A stretch of 53,662 nt of DNA, the filler included, from Bipalium vagum (lineage: Eukaryota), in NCBI GenBank assembly GCA_037834085.1. It is 3 parts of 3 records of this genome, joined end to end, with 100 filler letters (N's around TTAATTAATTAA, not from the genome) between each part and the next. Parts side by side here need not be neighbours in the genome. Positions count along the whole stretch, not along the records: positions 18,156 to 36,544 come from JBBMKC010030423.1; positions 36,645 to 53,662 come from JBBMKC010082464.1; 1 more part is not named here. One strand, written 5' to 3'. Of this stretch, positions 26,340-39,949 are shown in pieces; position 1 is the stretch's first letter; the number at the start of each line of letters is the position of its first letter. The translations under genes were made by a program, and so were the position numbers. The notes under the pieces are model-generated. The model did not search any database. It was not told where the DNA came from and worked only from the letters and a program-made list of their open reading frames with translations.

Positions 26340-26861
26340 GGTTTATTTTAGAAAATGCATGAATGACTCATAAAGAAGATCGTCCATGCCTCAAAGCCCT
26401 GCATAAACAATTTTTGTCACTTTATCACATTTTGTAGCGTTTGAAGTGAGCACAACAATTTAAAGATTGGACAGACCTGGATTGGCGAAAAGTTATATTT
26501 TCTGATGAAACGCGCATTGCAGTGAATCTCGGAAACAAAAGAGTCTCATCAAAAAATCAACAGATGAATGATTTACGAGTAATCATGTAATACAAACAGT
26601 CAAATTTCATTTGAAAGGTTTTGACCTTGCATGTCATAGTATGGCCCTTGGTGCATATATATGCATGTAGTAGAAGGTACAATGAATGTCGAATCAAAAC
26701 TTTAATGAGTCCTAAAGGTTAAAGGTCAACATACTTCTTATTAACATTATTAAACATTTATCTGCTTAAATGCTTGTAAATAATGCTGATTGTATTTGTA
26801 TTTATAAACTTAATAAGGTGATATAAAAATTATGGTGTCCCGAATAATTCAGCCTGTACTG
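26340..26861 (+). mobile_element. Decayed Tc1-like element with right terminus
   Basis: DW-KVIFSDET and QTVKF motifs; ends ...gcctgtactg|ta. Confidence 0.65.
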
Positions 26862-28399
26862 TACATTCAAAATAAATTTAATTGGAAAAAAATTAATTAA
26901 ATAAAAAAATATAAGTTCAAAATAGAAACAAAAAATGTATCAGTCGATACTCTCTACAATTTATGGTTTTGAAATATAAATAAACTGAAATAAGTGTGGA
27001 TTATTATATTAAAAGATCCGTCATGCCCTTTCCTATTAATCAAACACAAAAAATGATTCCCTGACATTAAAAGTAATTAAAAATTGTTTTAATATTAAAA
27101 CAAAATTTTGTTTATAAAACGACAATTTTTAATGAAAAATGTATAAAAATTAATTGAAAGATAAGAAGTTAAGGAGGAGACCTTTTTCATCAATTCGACC
27201 GGAAATTTTTGCTGCAAAACATTCAAAGAGAAACACGGTTATTATTGCAAAAAGTGGCCAAAATGTAAGCCCCAGCAATTCAAGTGATTTGGAAATCATA
27301 AGATTATGCAACCAGGTGTAACAAAAACAAGGCCCTGGAATTGTTAATGTCATAAAATCACTTTCTGCTATTAATAGGCGGCAGAAATAATTATAAATCG
27401 GAAAATTCAATAATATATATATTTTGTTGAAATTTTCTGATTTCGTACATATTTTTTGTGAATCAATTGATGTAACTATATTTTTGGTATACCATAAAAT
27501 TTTCACAGATAAATAACCAAATTCCGAATGATTATTAAAAATTCACAACCGAATAATCTTTCTGAATGATCTTCGTTTAGCAGAGTTAAAAATAAATAAA
27601 ATCTCACTCCCACTTCAATATCTTATTTTACTGTCACATAGCAGGTTTACATATTTTTAATGACATTTAAGATATGTGAAAATAATAGTTTATTATTATG
27701 ATTATAGGATGATTAATCAGGCCATGGGAATTTTCAATTTTAAAATCGAAATCTACATAAAATTATATTATTATTATTGATTATTATTGACAAAAACACT
27801 ACATTTCTCTAGTCTAAATTTTTATTTAAATTTTAAAAATTTTGGTAAAATTGATAAATACCAATTTATTTTAGTTATAAAAAAATTTTAAATAAAAAAT
27901 TTTGAAATAATTAATTATAATTAATAATTAACTTTAAAATATTAAATAATTATATTTTATAATTAAATAATTATATTTTTTAATTAATTTAAATCAATAA
28001 ATTAAATCAGAAAGATTGACATGTCATGGATGATATTTAAATATTTTAGAAAACTAATTTGCACAGAAAAAAGTAAATAATAATTTTTCGAACCTCTTGA
28101 TAATAGAAAAATAAATCGTAGGAATTTTTATCTGAATGTGAATAAAATATAAACATTTTTAAGTTAATATCAAATTTTAAAAATCAATTTATAAATTGTT
28201 TTTGATCTATTTTTAGTATCTATGAGTATTTCATTTTCATATATGCATGATTTCATATTTATACTTCTTTGAATATATCAATTTTTAATACACGAAAAGA
28301 ACTAGAGACAAACTATCACAAAGAATATTTACAACATAGTTTATAGTATGTCTAGAACAAGACAGTTTACAAATAAAGAAACAGCTAATACATTTATTT

Positions 28400-29294
28400 T
28401 TACATAATAGAGGTACAAATAATCATCAACAAAATAAGATCCGTTGCTGTCCATCAGGTTTTTCCATCTTTCAAATAATGACGAATTCCCAAACGATAGA
28501 ATGATATGGGTTTCAAAAGAAGGAACTCAAAGCATTTTTGAAACGATGTCCTACTAAAAATTGTTGCATTGATCGAAACAAATGAGGAATAAGCCGCACG
28601 AAGAAGAATTTCCCAATCTAACTGTGAGATTGTCTCTTACGTACGTTTTTCCACGTGTGGTTTGGCATGGTCATGCGGTAAAATAGTCTTTGCTATCCTT
28701 GGCCTGAAAATGCTTTTTTTATTAATTTTTTAGGCAATTGCAACAACTGTTTGCTGTAACATTCGGTATTAATGGTTTCGCCAATAAATTGGGCCTCTCA
28801 TATCCCACTAGATACAAAGGAATCTTTTTTTGCTGTGAATATTTATTTTTCAGTTAAAGTTGTTGGCATACCGGGATATACCCACAAATAAATGCGCTTT
28901 CCGTTATCGTAGGCAATCCGCTTTTGATCTTCAGTTACGGTGTGACATAAAAAGTTTTTTTCTTTTCCTAGCAAGAAGCAATACACATGTTGTTAAACGA
29001 CATGAAATGTTGATTTCTGAGAGCTCATGTGGCACCCATTTTCCAAATAGTCTTTTCTCCTCTAACAAACCATATGGATTGAGATTCTTCAAAAGCATTT
29101 TTTCCAAGTTGAAATTCATATCTGATTCAATGTCTACAGTATATATTTTCGTCATTCATTTCTAAATCCAATATTTTTTCTAATTCTATAACAATTAAAG
29201 TTTAAATTTAAATTAAAGTCGTGTTTGGAATATTTGTTGATTTATTTAAACAATAATCAAAAACATGGTTCAATACTTATGCATACAGCTAATA
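28400..29294 (-). mobile_element. Decayed mariner element
   Basis: GKWVPHELS in ORF 28931-29155, HDHAKPHV and EILLRA motifs, terminal sequence shared with 17850. Confidence 0.85.
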
Positions 29295-30691
29295 GTATAG
29301 TTTAATGTTATTTCAAGTTTCATTTCTTTAAAAATGAAAGTCTGCTTTTTAGATTTTTTCAAAATAATTAAAAATATTATTATGTCTTATAACAAACTCC
29401 TTTTATTTAAATTTAAAATTAAAGTTTTATTTATTTTATATATTTCTCTTTTTTACTTATATATTTATATTATACATAATTAATGAAATTATTTTCATAA
29501 TTAAACTGAAAATTAATTTATGAGGCCCTGCCAATTAAATCAATATGAGATATTTCATTTTATAAAACGGTTATGTTTTATGTTCATTAGTGAAGAGACA
29601 TGTCTCTGTCTATTAATATTATATATATAATATTTGAATATTAAGCATAATATTTGTTGTTAGCTATATTCATTTTCAGAATTAATTATTTTATCAATTA
29701 GAAATACCTTCAATTTTCCAAGTTTTGTTAAAATATTAAACCAATAGATGAAAAGTCTATTATTTGATTATTTTATATAATAAATAATGTCACAATCTGT
29801 AAAAGATGTAATTACATAAAACTATAAATATTAAAAGTATGAAGTTGAATAAATCATAAATTTTTTGTAATTTAATATAATAAGAAAAAAAAGTAAAAAG
29901 TTAATATAAAAGAAGATACCAAAAATAATAACAATAAATATACAGTCTAATTTGGAAGGATTAAAGATGTAATGGCATTGGTAAATTAATAATTTAAACC
30001 TTTAAAAATAAGTTTCATCATTTCTATAACATTTCAAGCATTTTGAGAAATTTATGAATTCCATCATTGAAAAATTGATTTGTTGTCGATGTGTTTCAAA
30101 TATCTAGTTCATCCTTCTTGACTAAAACTAATATTTTGATAGCTGTTCATTGCAATAAATGGACAATAAACAGTACAGTCTCTCGAAAAAAATGTTTTGT
30201 GAGCTAAAATTTCGTCAATTATTATATGAAATATAAACACTTTAATAATCATTTATAAAATTATAAATCGATCGGAAATATAAAGTAATTCAGATAATAA
30301 CACAGCACAAATTGTAAAAATTAAATACATAATTATAATGGTTATATACCTAATAATATTTTGAATAATTTATTTTAAAATAATAAATTCTTTTTCAATT
30401 TATTATTTTTATAACAATTAAACCACAATTTAAAAGTAAGGAAATCGGTTAATTAAATAAATTCACAAATTATAATTTTCTTTTTTTTCAAAACTAGAAT
30501 ATTTTCCCAGTGCTCTTTAAACTTTAATTTGCTTGTTCATTAATATCAATGACTTTCTAATAAGAATTGCTTAATTTACACAATTTTAATAAATTATAAT
30601 AATTTTTTTCTAAAAATAATGTTAAATATTATTTAAAATATTTATTAAAATATGTTCTGTTTTTAGTGAATTTTAATCTTCCCTGACTCAG

Positions 30692-30755
30692 TGAAAAGAA
30701 GCGTCTGTTACGCACATTAGGAAAGAGTGAAATGCAGCCGTGGAATAAAAAAAGG
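30692..30755 (+). CDS. Candidate exon of an unidentified gene
   Basis: ctgactcag|t gaa...agg|gtaata, EKKRLLRTLGKSEMQPWNKKR. A locally GC-richer island in very AT-rich DNA. Confidence 0.3.
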
Positions 30756-31187
30756 GTAATAAATAAATATGAAAATTGTCTTATTTCTTCTCAATGTAAT
30801 ATAACCAATATCAAATTAATATGTTAATTTTATGATGACGAGAAAACTTTTTTCATTAATTTTATAAGGAGATATCACAACTTTTAATATTATTATTTAT
30901 TGAAAGAAATTTAAATTCAAACTTGTCTTCTACAACTTCTTCAAATCTACTTTGAGAATATTTCAGATATCATCAAGATTCTTAAAGAAAATAAAATCTT
31001 GTTTTCCATATTAAAGTCTTAAATAATGTAAATAAAAGGAAATCAATAGTAAAGTCAAACTAATGCAACACTGTGTGAAACTTCCTTAACAAAAAATATT
31101 AAACTGTTTCTTAAGATATGCACAATTCTAAAAATTTTGATTTTTATATAATCTCAAAAATAGACATATTTTACATGTCACATTTTA

Positions 31188-31194
<7 letters not shown>

Positions 31195-31247
<53 letters not shown>
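31195..31247. repeat. (TAA)n microsatellite
   Basis: About 17 perfect TAA units. Confidence 0.95.
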
Positions 31248-31249
<2 letters not shown>

Positions 31250-31428
31250 TTTTATTTGAATTACCATATTCATTTTAAAATTTTGTATTAATATTGTAAT
31301 ATTTTTTAAATTATAAAAAATTACAGTAACGAATATTTTTATGATAGAAATAAAAGTGAAATAACCAAGAATCTCAAACAATTCCTTTGGAGAATTATTT
31401 CATTGGTCCTGAATTTTTCTGAAAATAG

Positions 31429-31527
31429 AGGGTTGGAGAATTATATAAATATTTTACGGAAAAAGAGAAACAAAATAAAACGCTCATTCAGCGCACATTT
31501 CTAAATAATCAGATTCAGATGTCCGAG
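31429..31527 (+). CDS. Candidate exon of an unidentified gene
   Basis: aaatag|agg...gag|gtatgc, RVGELYKYFTEKEKQNKTLIQRTFLNNQIQMSE. Phase 0, compatible with 30692-30755. Confidence 0.3.
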
Positions 31528-34500
31528 GTATGCCGTCATCATTGTTAAAATGTTCAATCTACAAACATTATTTTTCTTTTTATCGAGCCAAGAAATTTTC
31601 AACAAGTTGAATTTTGCGTAATTATTGAATCAATATACGGAGGCAAAAAAATTTCAAGCCAATTCCATACATAAAGTATTCCATATAAATATAAACCAGC
31701 TTAAAATGATTTCATTGAAGGCACTTTAATGTTTCGTGATCTTGTTCATTCACATTCATCTTACTGAAAAATAATTGAATGCAACATTGTCATACGAAGC
31801 ATTTTTAAAATTATTTATATTTAATTAAGATTTCACAGCGCATATTTGATCTTGCAATTTTATTTTTTTCCTATTATTTTTCAGGTTGTCAAGATTTCAG
31901 GCTATTTCACAAGTAATTTATATTTTTGATAAATGTTGTGTCACAGCCTCAACTTAATCAATGTAATTTATGTCAATTTAAAAGAAGGTTGAAGGCAAAA
32001 GAACAATCAACTCAAATAATCCAGTATCATAGAATTAACACAATATTGACAATAATTCTTTACTGATCCCTTTGTGTGCATGAAATATTTATGAGTGATT
32101 GAATAATACAAAAAAATATTTATGTGGTGCTTCCTTTTTTGTTTTAAGGTTCAAAAATCAAAATAATAATAATAATAATACAATGTGACAATAATAAAAT
32201 TAACAATAATACGAAGTTCTATAAATTGACGTAAAAACACAAATAATAATTTTTTTTAATAATAATTAATTAAACCAATTAGAAAGTAAAAAATTGAATT
32301 GATTAAGATTTAAAATTAACTTTCCCGAAATAACGAATAATTTTTAAGAAATCAGAAAAAGCTATAATTAGTAAGTCCCGTTGACAAAAAAATAATAAAT
32401 GATGCAATAAATTTCAGTAAAATCAAAAAAGGAAATTATTGTATTAACAGACCAATTTGAAATCACCATTTAGTTTGATAGAAATAACATTGATTGTTTG
32501 GGAAACACTCTTTAGTATAACAAAGTAAATAGTTATTTTATTAAATTTTTGAAATTCCCAACAAAATTAAAATTTATTTATGACAGTTTTGGATAAAATA
32601 AAGTAAAAATATTCTTTTATCCATATACATCGTCAGGATAAGTCTCACAATAATATTAATCATAATACGACCACTAAATATTGTCCAATCTGTAAAGATT
32701 GATTTAATATGATATCACAAATAATTAAAGTTAACTTAAGCTTCCATAAACTGGTTAGCTTAGAAAAACAGTTTTATAAATATAACGTTGGTAACACTTT
32801 TTGGGTTTTATATAAATTTACAATTATTTTGTCTAGTATGAATACTGAATAAGTTATCATCTCCATTGGTGATGCGATACTTGAAAGACTCATTTTTTTA
32901 TCAAAACTTTGCAGGTAACTTTTCATTACTGGTTTGTTTTTCTCATGTTCAATTAAGTATCCAACGGACAAATTCTTTCAACAAAGGGTAGTTTCAGTAG
33001 TTACCAGCAACTTGTTTACATGTATGGCACTTTTCATCAAATTGACATGAGAACTAAAGTTTGAAGAAAGTTTCTTTGAAAATTGAAAATAATTTTCTGT
33101 ATAATATTTAAATAAAATTGTAACTTGAACTGAATATAAATATTAAAGCACTTCAAATAAACAACACAAATTAGAATAAAATCTGTATTTAAAAATTCCA
33201 GTACCTGGTGACATAAAATGACTCAAACAAAAAATATCAATTTTTTAATCGTAAGAAATTTGACCGATTTAATGAAAACCGTTTGTAGAAATTAATTTTT
33301 ATTTTTGACCAAAGTGTGTCTCCATAGTGTTTGTATTTCAGTCCCCAGACATGTCTCTTCTTTTTCATGAATGGTGTTAACCAATGCTTTATGATTGGGC
33401 GATTGCTTTACTTGAGTATATTTCAATAGCCCGGTACTGTAATCGATAAATAACAACTGGTGGAGTCAGGTCTGTACACTTAATGTTTATTGAAAGTTAG
33501 AAAATTAAAATTTGGAGGTTTATAGTGTAAATTAAAGATTGTTTTATCTGTTAATTTTTGATGAAGGAAAATTTTACAGGTAAAAATAAGAAAAAGCTTG
33601 AGACAAGTACTTGTCAAATAATAATAAGAAAATATTAAAGTGGAAAGCAACCACACTTAATTAGCGTGTAAGTTAATTTATACCCTAAACCATGCTTTAT
33701 ATCGATAAACGTTATAATAATACTTCCAATATAAATAATGAAAAATTGGTCAGTCATTTTAAATTGTCCATTTTTTGACCTTTTAATTTTTGTTGATCAC
33801 AATTGTAATCCATAAAATTTTAATTAAACATAAGGATCAACAAGAAGGGATTGATGTTTAAAATTACATAATCACTTTTAATTAACCATAACATTTATAA
33901 TTAGGACAAAAAAATTCGGAGAAGCTTAATAAGGAGATGAACTAATAACAATAACTTTATTTAATTTTGATTAAATTTACAGTTTTAGTGAAACAATTTT
34001 GTTGCTTTTTATCGATCCACATAAATTCCATCATAAATCATCAATATTCTGTGTATTTCATCCGTATTATTTTTCATACCTTCTTTAACTTTATTGTAAC
34101 TTTTAACGTTTTGTGTATGCACATATTGAGTATAATCCACGAGCTCATATTTGTGACATACCGACTGCGATCGAAGTCTGTCTCCTTTTTGATTTTAAAA
34201 TAAATTAAATAGGTTAAAAAATAATAATATCCAAACACCGTTTGTTGTTGATCGTTCTGAATAATGAAATGTTTATAACCAATTACAATTTTTATTATTA
34301 AAATAAAAAATAGAGTCAAGGAAATAAATTTTTAAGAGTAAATAAAAATGAAAAATTTTAACTTGATATGATTTTCGTGGCAATTAAATATTCGATGTCC
34401 CAATATTTATAAGTAAATAATAGAAAAATCAAGTTTATATATTAAATTATTAAAAAAAATAATAAAAAATTGAGTAACTTAACTGCCCAGATTACATAAC

Positions 34501-35936
34501 TTATTTTGCTGTAATTTAAAAATAATAATTTTTATGTGATGTTCCATTTTAATAGAAAAAAGATCGCTTAATAAAAATTATTTCTTTAATTAAAAGTTAA
34601 AGTTCATTAAAATCTGAGCTCATTTTTTCTTACCACTTTTTAACATTTCCTAATATTATTTTTTATATTACTCTACCCATTGAGGGATGCCCGCTAGATT
34701 ATTTTTGAAATTACGGTATCTCAGTTCATTGTACTAATGAAGAAATCTAGGACACATAAGTTTGGTGGGGCTGTTACATGATACTTTCTCGGGAGCATTT
34801 GACTTGTATATGACATGAAACCCGAGATTAGTGAATGTCCACATAATGGGTTTTTCACTGTTTGGACACAGTGACAGTTATTTTCATAACTTCTTAATTT
34901 TCAAAACATTTATCTTGTCATAAAATCCAAGGAGATAGTTTACAATTTAAATTTTTTTATTTTCAATAATTATTATTAAATTTAATTAACAAAAAAAATG
35001 GAAATATTTGAAATATTTTTCTAAAATAAAAAAAAATTCTATCTCATCATTTTCGAAAACATAAAATATAATTTATTTAGACTTTAAGACTCAAACGTTT
35101 CTCAATTTATTAATTTGATTTAATAAAAAATTATTTTTACAGTAAAAAATCTCCAATCATTTTAAAAGACTGCTGGAGAATAATAGAGGAATAATTCTGT
35201 TGTTGAAGGGATTTTTGAACAAATTGCCTTAGAGCTCGAGTCTATATCCTTTGCGGAAGAAGATTTGAGATAAATATTATTTCAGTTTCTCAAACACAAA
35301 AATGATTAAGAGTACGAAACGTAAATAAAAAGAGACGACAGACGTTCAAAAATTAAAAATAAATAATCAATAATTTTTACTCAATCGATCTTATTTTATA
35401 TTATTTTAAAATAGAACACTATTTGACGATGGAAATTAAATTTTAATATTTAATAATATAATGTTAACATTTCCTTACATCTTTCACAGCGTTTATTTTG
35501 TTTTAATTTTCTATATCGAATTGTAATGTTTTTGTTATTCTACTGAGAACGTTATTTAACCATTGCCATGGTTACAATTAACAGTGAATTTTTCAATTAT
35601 ACCACTAATAATAGGCTTGGTTTTGTTTTTCTCCTTGATAAATAGAATGTTATTGAATTATAATTTTTTCAGTTTTTATATATTTTTTTCCAAAAATTTT
35701 CTTATTGTTCCGTCGATTAAAAAACAGTTTTGCAATGGATTGGATTCTCATACACAAAATAGACAGGCTGTGGAATTTCCAATTGACGTGAACTTTTTTT
35801 GTGGTAACATTAATAATTTAAAATCAATTACTTTCATAATAGCTTAATAGAGAAGAATAAGATATTTTTATACGTCTATTTGCGTAATTGAATTTAATAC
35901 ATCCACAAATTTATTAAATAATTAAATAGTTTTTTA

Positions 35937-36105
35937 TCATCGTCTCCAGCAAGTGTATGTGAAGCTTTCATCTTTAAATATTTTCCAATCAATAATCTTG
36001 TTAGCCTTGAAATGTTTCATAAACAAATAATTGCCTGGAAGGAAAACTATCGGGTTTTTAAGATTGTAATATATGTGAGACTTATTGACATTGTGAAAAA
36101 TATCC
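35937..36105 (-). CDS. Candidate terminal exon of an unidentified gene
   Basis: ttattttag acceptor, then an open frame DIFHNVNKSH...KIIDWKIFKDESFTYTCWRR*. No family recognised. Confidence 0.25.
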
Positions 36106-36544
36106 CTAAAATAAATAATCAATATATTTACAGACGACATTTTGTGTAGCAAAATAAGTGGATACCTTTTACGATATAATCAGTACGTTATTCTTACTTT
36201 AGATATAAAAGTTTTGTAAAAATTTAGATATGTTTTGTAATTATTAGCCTGGTAATGTTGCAGTTTACGTTCGTAAATTCATAATTTTAAATTTGAACCC
36301 AAAGTTTTACTATAGCAATTACTACATAATTAATAATTAAATGCTTTTGATTGGTGGTTGACAATGGGCACAAATGACTGTTCATAATTAGTCTCATTTG
36401 TGCAGGAAACCGTATTGCATCAACAGTAGTTCGTAAAAATTTGGATTTAAATTTATAATAATGAGCTTACGAAAGGTTAGTATGTCCCATAAATACTTGT
36501 GAATTTAAAAAAGCTATGACTAATTAGTTAATTAATTAATGATA

Positions 36545-36644
36545 NNNNNNNNNNNNNNNNNNNNNNNNNNNNNNNNNNNNNNNNNNNNTTAATTAATTAA
36601 NNNNNNNNNNNNNNNNNNNNNNNNNNNNNNNNNNNNNNNNNNNN
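36545..36644. other. Artificial contig spacer
   Basis: Identical 44 N + TTAATTAATTAA + 44 N. Confidence 0.97.
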
Positions 36645-36790
36645 ATGAGTTTTACTCGGTGTGGAATATTATAAACATTCATTTAAATTCCAAGAAATGC
36701 TTTATATTATCTAAAAAAATTTTAAAAAATTATTTATATTTTCAATTTCAGATCAATTTTAAATTGGTAAGTCTTTTAGTGGCCACCCTG
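36645..36790 (+). mobile_element. Right end of a Tc1/mariner element at the contig edge
   Basis: ...gtcttttagtggccaccctg|ta, a CACCCTG-TA terminus. Confidence 0.5.
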
Positions 36791-37839
36791 TATATATATT
36801 AGGGAATCTAATATATATTAATCTAAATTAGATATACAGAAGCCAATAAAATGTTAAATATACTACAAGAGATTTTTTCTCGATAACTTAGATTTTAAAA
36901 GTACATCTGATTTGAATAAAGACTGTCTAAACAGATTTCTGTAATATAAACTCATGAATTTCCTGATAAAAAGAGGAGAAGCAACTATTTTCTGACATTT
37001 GTATAAAAGTTATGGATCAACATAAAAAGCATTATCATATATTTGGTTTGCTCTCATCTTTCTTCTCAGCAACAGCCTCAGTCTTTCATATCACGTATTA
37101 TAATTGGTGATGAAAATTTTAGGCATGTGAAAGAAGGATTTAATTGAGATCATTAATCTACGTCGGGAATAAAAGATCTTCATCTTCGAAAAAATATGCT
37201 GTTTAGCGAAACCAGAAAGGAATGGGTCATTATAAATTAATTCAAATTATCACCAGTAAATGTTTTAGTAAGACATAGTGAAATGAGTCATTAACAAATT
37301 CGGTAGAGTGCTCTTACGTTACTCAACATATTTATCTAACCTAACCCGAACAGATTTATCATCTCCTCCGATGTCTTTCGAACATCATATTTGGAGTCTC
37401 CTTTAAGTATGTTGCTTAATTTCAAAAAAATGGCTAAAGCATTTCTTTCTATGTAATCTTTTGATCTTAACAAACAAAGAGAATTGAAAGAAGGTTAAAA
37501 ACAGAAAAGTTGAATATATCATAGATTGTTGTAGTTTTTTTTTTAGATATACATATGTACAAAAGTATTTTTGCAACAATCAATGAATGAAAAGGACATG
37601 CAATTTTTTTAATTTTAGAGAATGTTAAAAATAAAATTAATAAGTATATTTAGCTTATAATTTAAGCTAATATTTATTTATAAACATAATTTCCAAATTT
37701 GTTAATTTTATGACGGTCACATGACCCAATATTTTAAATACCGAAAAATTATTTATTTGACCAAATAATTAATAAATTCTCATCTACTTTTCTGAAGATA
37801 TTTATTTATATATTTTATATTGCAATCACTCAGTTTATT

Positions 37840-38690
37840 ATATCGTCTCATAAGCTTTTACGGAAAAGATATATAGAACAAAATATTTTTTATAAAAATA
37901 CAAGAATATTTTATTTGATAAAAAAATGCCTATCTTTATCAATTATCTTTGTCCAACGTTCAGGCAAAAGTTTCATATCATGCTTGAAGAACTTCTGGTC
38001 CTTTCCGGCGAAATACACAGAGATGGCAATCTCGACAGCACATTTGCTATTGAATTCTTTTCCCTTTAAAAAGTGGTGTAATGAAGGGAAAAGAAAATAA
38101 TCTGTTCGAGCCATATCTGGAATATATGTTTGGTGAGGAAGAAGCTCCCAGCCAAACTCATAGTTTCTTCCTCGTTATTTTTTATGTGTGCGATTTTGAA
38201 TTATCTTGTGAAGAATAATGCCTCGTCGATTGAACAGGTCTGGTAAGTTTCAATTTATCACGTAGTTCTATTAATTGCCGACAATAGACATCACTAGTGA
38301 TTGTTTCACTCATATTAAGGACTCCATATATATTATTTCCTTCATATCCAACCATACACAGAGAACTTTTTTCGGATGAAGAACCTGATCTAGCCGTAGG
38401 GATTGGTTTTTCACCAGAATCTAACCACTGCTTGTAACGTCTAACATTGACATTTAAACCCCATTTTTTATCACAGCATACAACTCTTTCCAGAAATTGG
38501 TCTAGATCATGGCAAGTGAGCAAAGACGTGCAAACTGTCACCCGATTCAAAGGCTTCTGTTCGTCTTTAGCAAGGATGTTCAACCTTTTGATATAATGGA
38601 CCGCAAATAGGTCGCTTGTCGGAGTGTGAATTCTTTAAAAACGTTGATTTTTTTTCATCCCATCTCCTTAAATTTAATGGAAAAATTGCA
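37840..38690 (-). mobile_element. Decayed mariner element
   Basis: ORFs 38182-38583 and 37911-38114: CCDKKW, YCRQL, QDNSKSH, TDYFLF, LPERW. Confidence 0.9.
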
Positions 38691-38799
38691 ATATAAAACA
38701 AAATCATGTGAAGACAGTTTATTTATATTATTACAATATTGCAAATATTGTAATGTTTAAATGTAGTTATAATATTTAATTTAATTAACCAATATTTAT

Positions 38800-39440
38800 T
38801 CAATCAGACTTTTGACTTTGTCTTTCAGCCACAATGTTTTAAATATTTGCATCGAAAGATGCATTCTTAATTCTAAGAATGTTTGCTAAATGTATGTCAG
38901 TCAACCTATTTCTTTCTGTAGTTTTAATGTTTTTCATGCTCGAAAAAAACTTCCTCACATGCCTCATAATTTTCTAGATAAATTTAGAATTTGATTGAAT
39001 TCATTTTTGAGAAAATACAATTTCATTAAAATAAAGAAAAAAATTCTCCTTATGGAAATTTTCTTCCTGACTTTGTAGCTCAATCAGTTCAAGTTGGTAC
39101 TCCACAGATGCTTTATCATATTCAAATGAAAATGGATCATTAAACAATTTTAACTCATTTTCAATCTTTCTAAAGTCAGAAAATCTAATTGCAAACTCTC
39201 TAAGCAAATCTTCACATAATTTAGTATATTTTTCATAGTTTAAAAAAAACTTTTTCTCTCTTTCAGATAGACTACAAAAGTGTACAATTTTACCAGCTTT
39301 TATCTGTGCTATAAAAATATCCAATTTCTTTGTGAAACTGGTTATCCGCTCAAACATAGAGGAACACAATGGTCCTTTCCTTGTAAATGCAAATTAATGT
39401 CAGCTAATACTTCTGTGATGTCTACAAAACATTTAAATTT
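38800..39440 (-). mobile_element. hAT (Buster/SPIN, GTF2IRD2-like) transposase remnant
   Basis: DITEVLADINLHLQGK, EFAIRFSDF...LFNDPF...QLELIELQS, and C-terminal RNRLTDIHLANILRI. Confidence 0.85.
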
Positions 39441-39479
39441 ATTATTTTAAGCATTTAAAAGATTTTCTCATTTGAATTA

Positions 39480-39780
39480 AATGGCAATGAGCACTCGGTT
39501 TAGAAGTGTCCCTGAATTTTGCCAATTCCCGTGTTGTCCGTCAAGGATCCTCTTCCACTAGTCTATTTAGGTCATCAATGTTTGTCTGTACAAGTCGACC
39601 TGATCTTGGCTTGTCTTACATGTCGAAATCTTTGTTCCGAAACTTCGTAAACCATTTTCACGTGTATTTAAACTAATAGGTTCGATTAATGCCACAAATA
39701 ATCTTTCATAAGACTATCTGGCATTTAAAGTCATAAAACAGAGAGACCCTTGTCATTTCTTAAGTAAATTCCCTCTCCAA
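39480..39780 (-). mobile_element. mariner N-terminal remnant
   Basis: KWFTKFRNKDFDM*DKPRSGR...LVEEDP*RTTRELA. Confidence 0.8.
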
Positions 39781-39949
39781 GAATAAAAAATATTGATAAA
39801 TTAATGTAAGAATACATTAATTTTAAATAAAAGCACCTATATTCATTGTACAGCAATCAGATATGTTTCTTGTAAAGATTGGAAAACCTGAATGTATTTT
39901 CTTCCTTTAAAAGATCGATCTATCTTAGCTTTCTAATAAATTACAAATC

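Noticed and set aside
31193-31381. Poly-tyrosine ORF
   Set aside because: It is the reverse translation of a (TAA)n microsatellite.
32960-33000. In-frame TGA suggesting recoding or an alternative genetic code
   Set aside because: The confident exons have no in-frame stops and ATP6AP2 ends in TAA; a short intron or non-coding DNA explains it more simply.
35937-36020. IDW...FKDESFTY as the missing S6K C-terminal hydrophobic motif
   Set aside because: The spacing is not F-x-x-F-T-Y, the turn-motif region is absent, it lies across a spacer, and the intervening kinase exons were not found.
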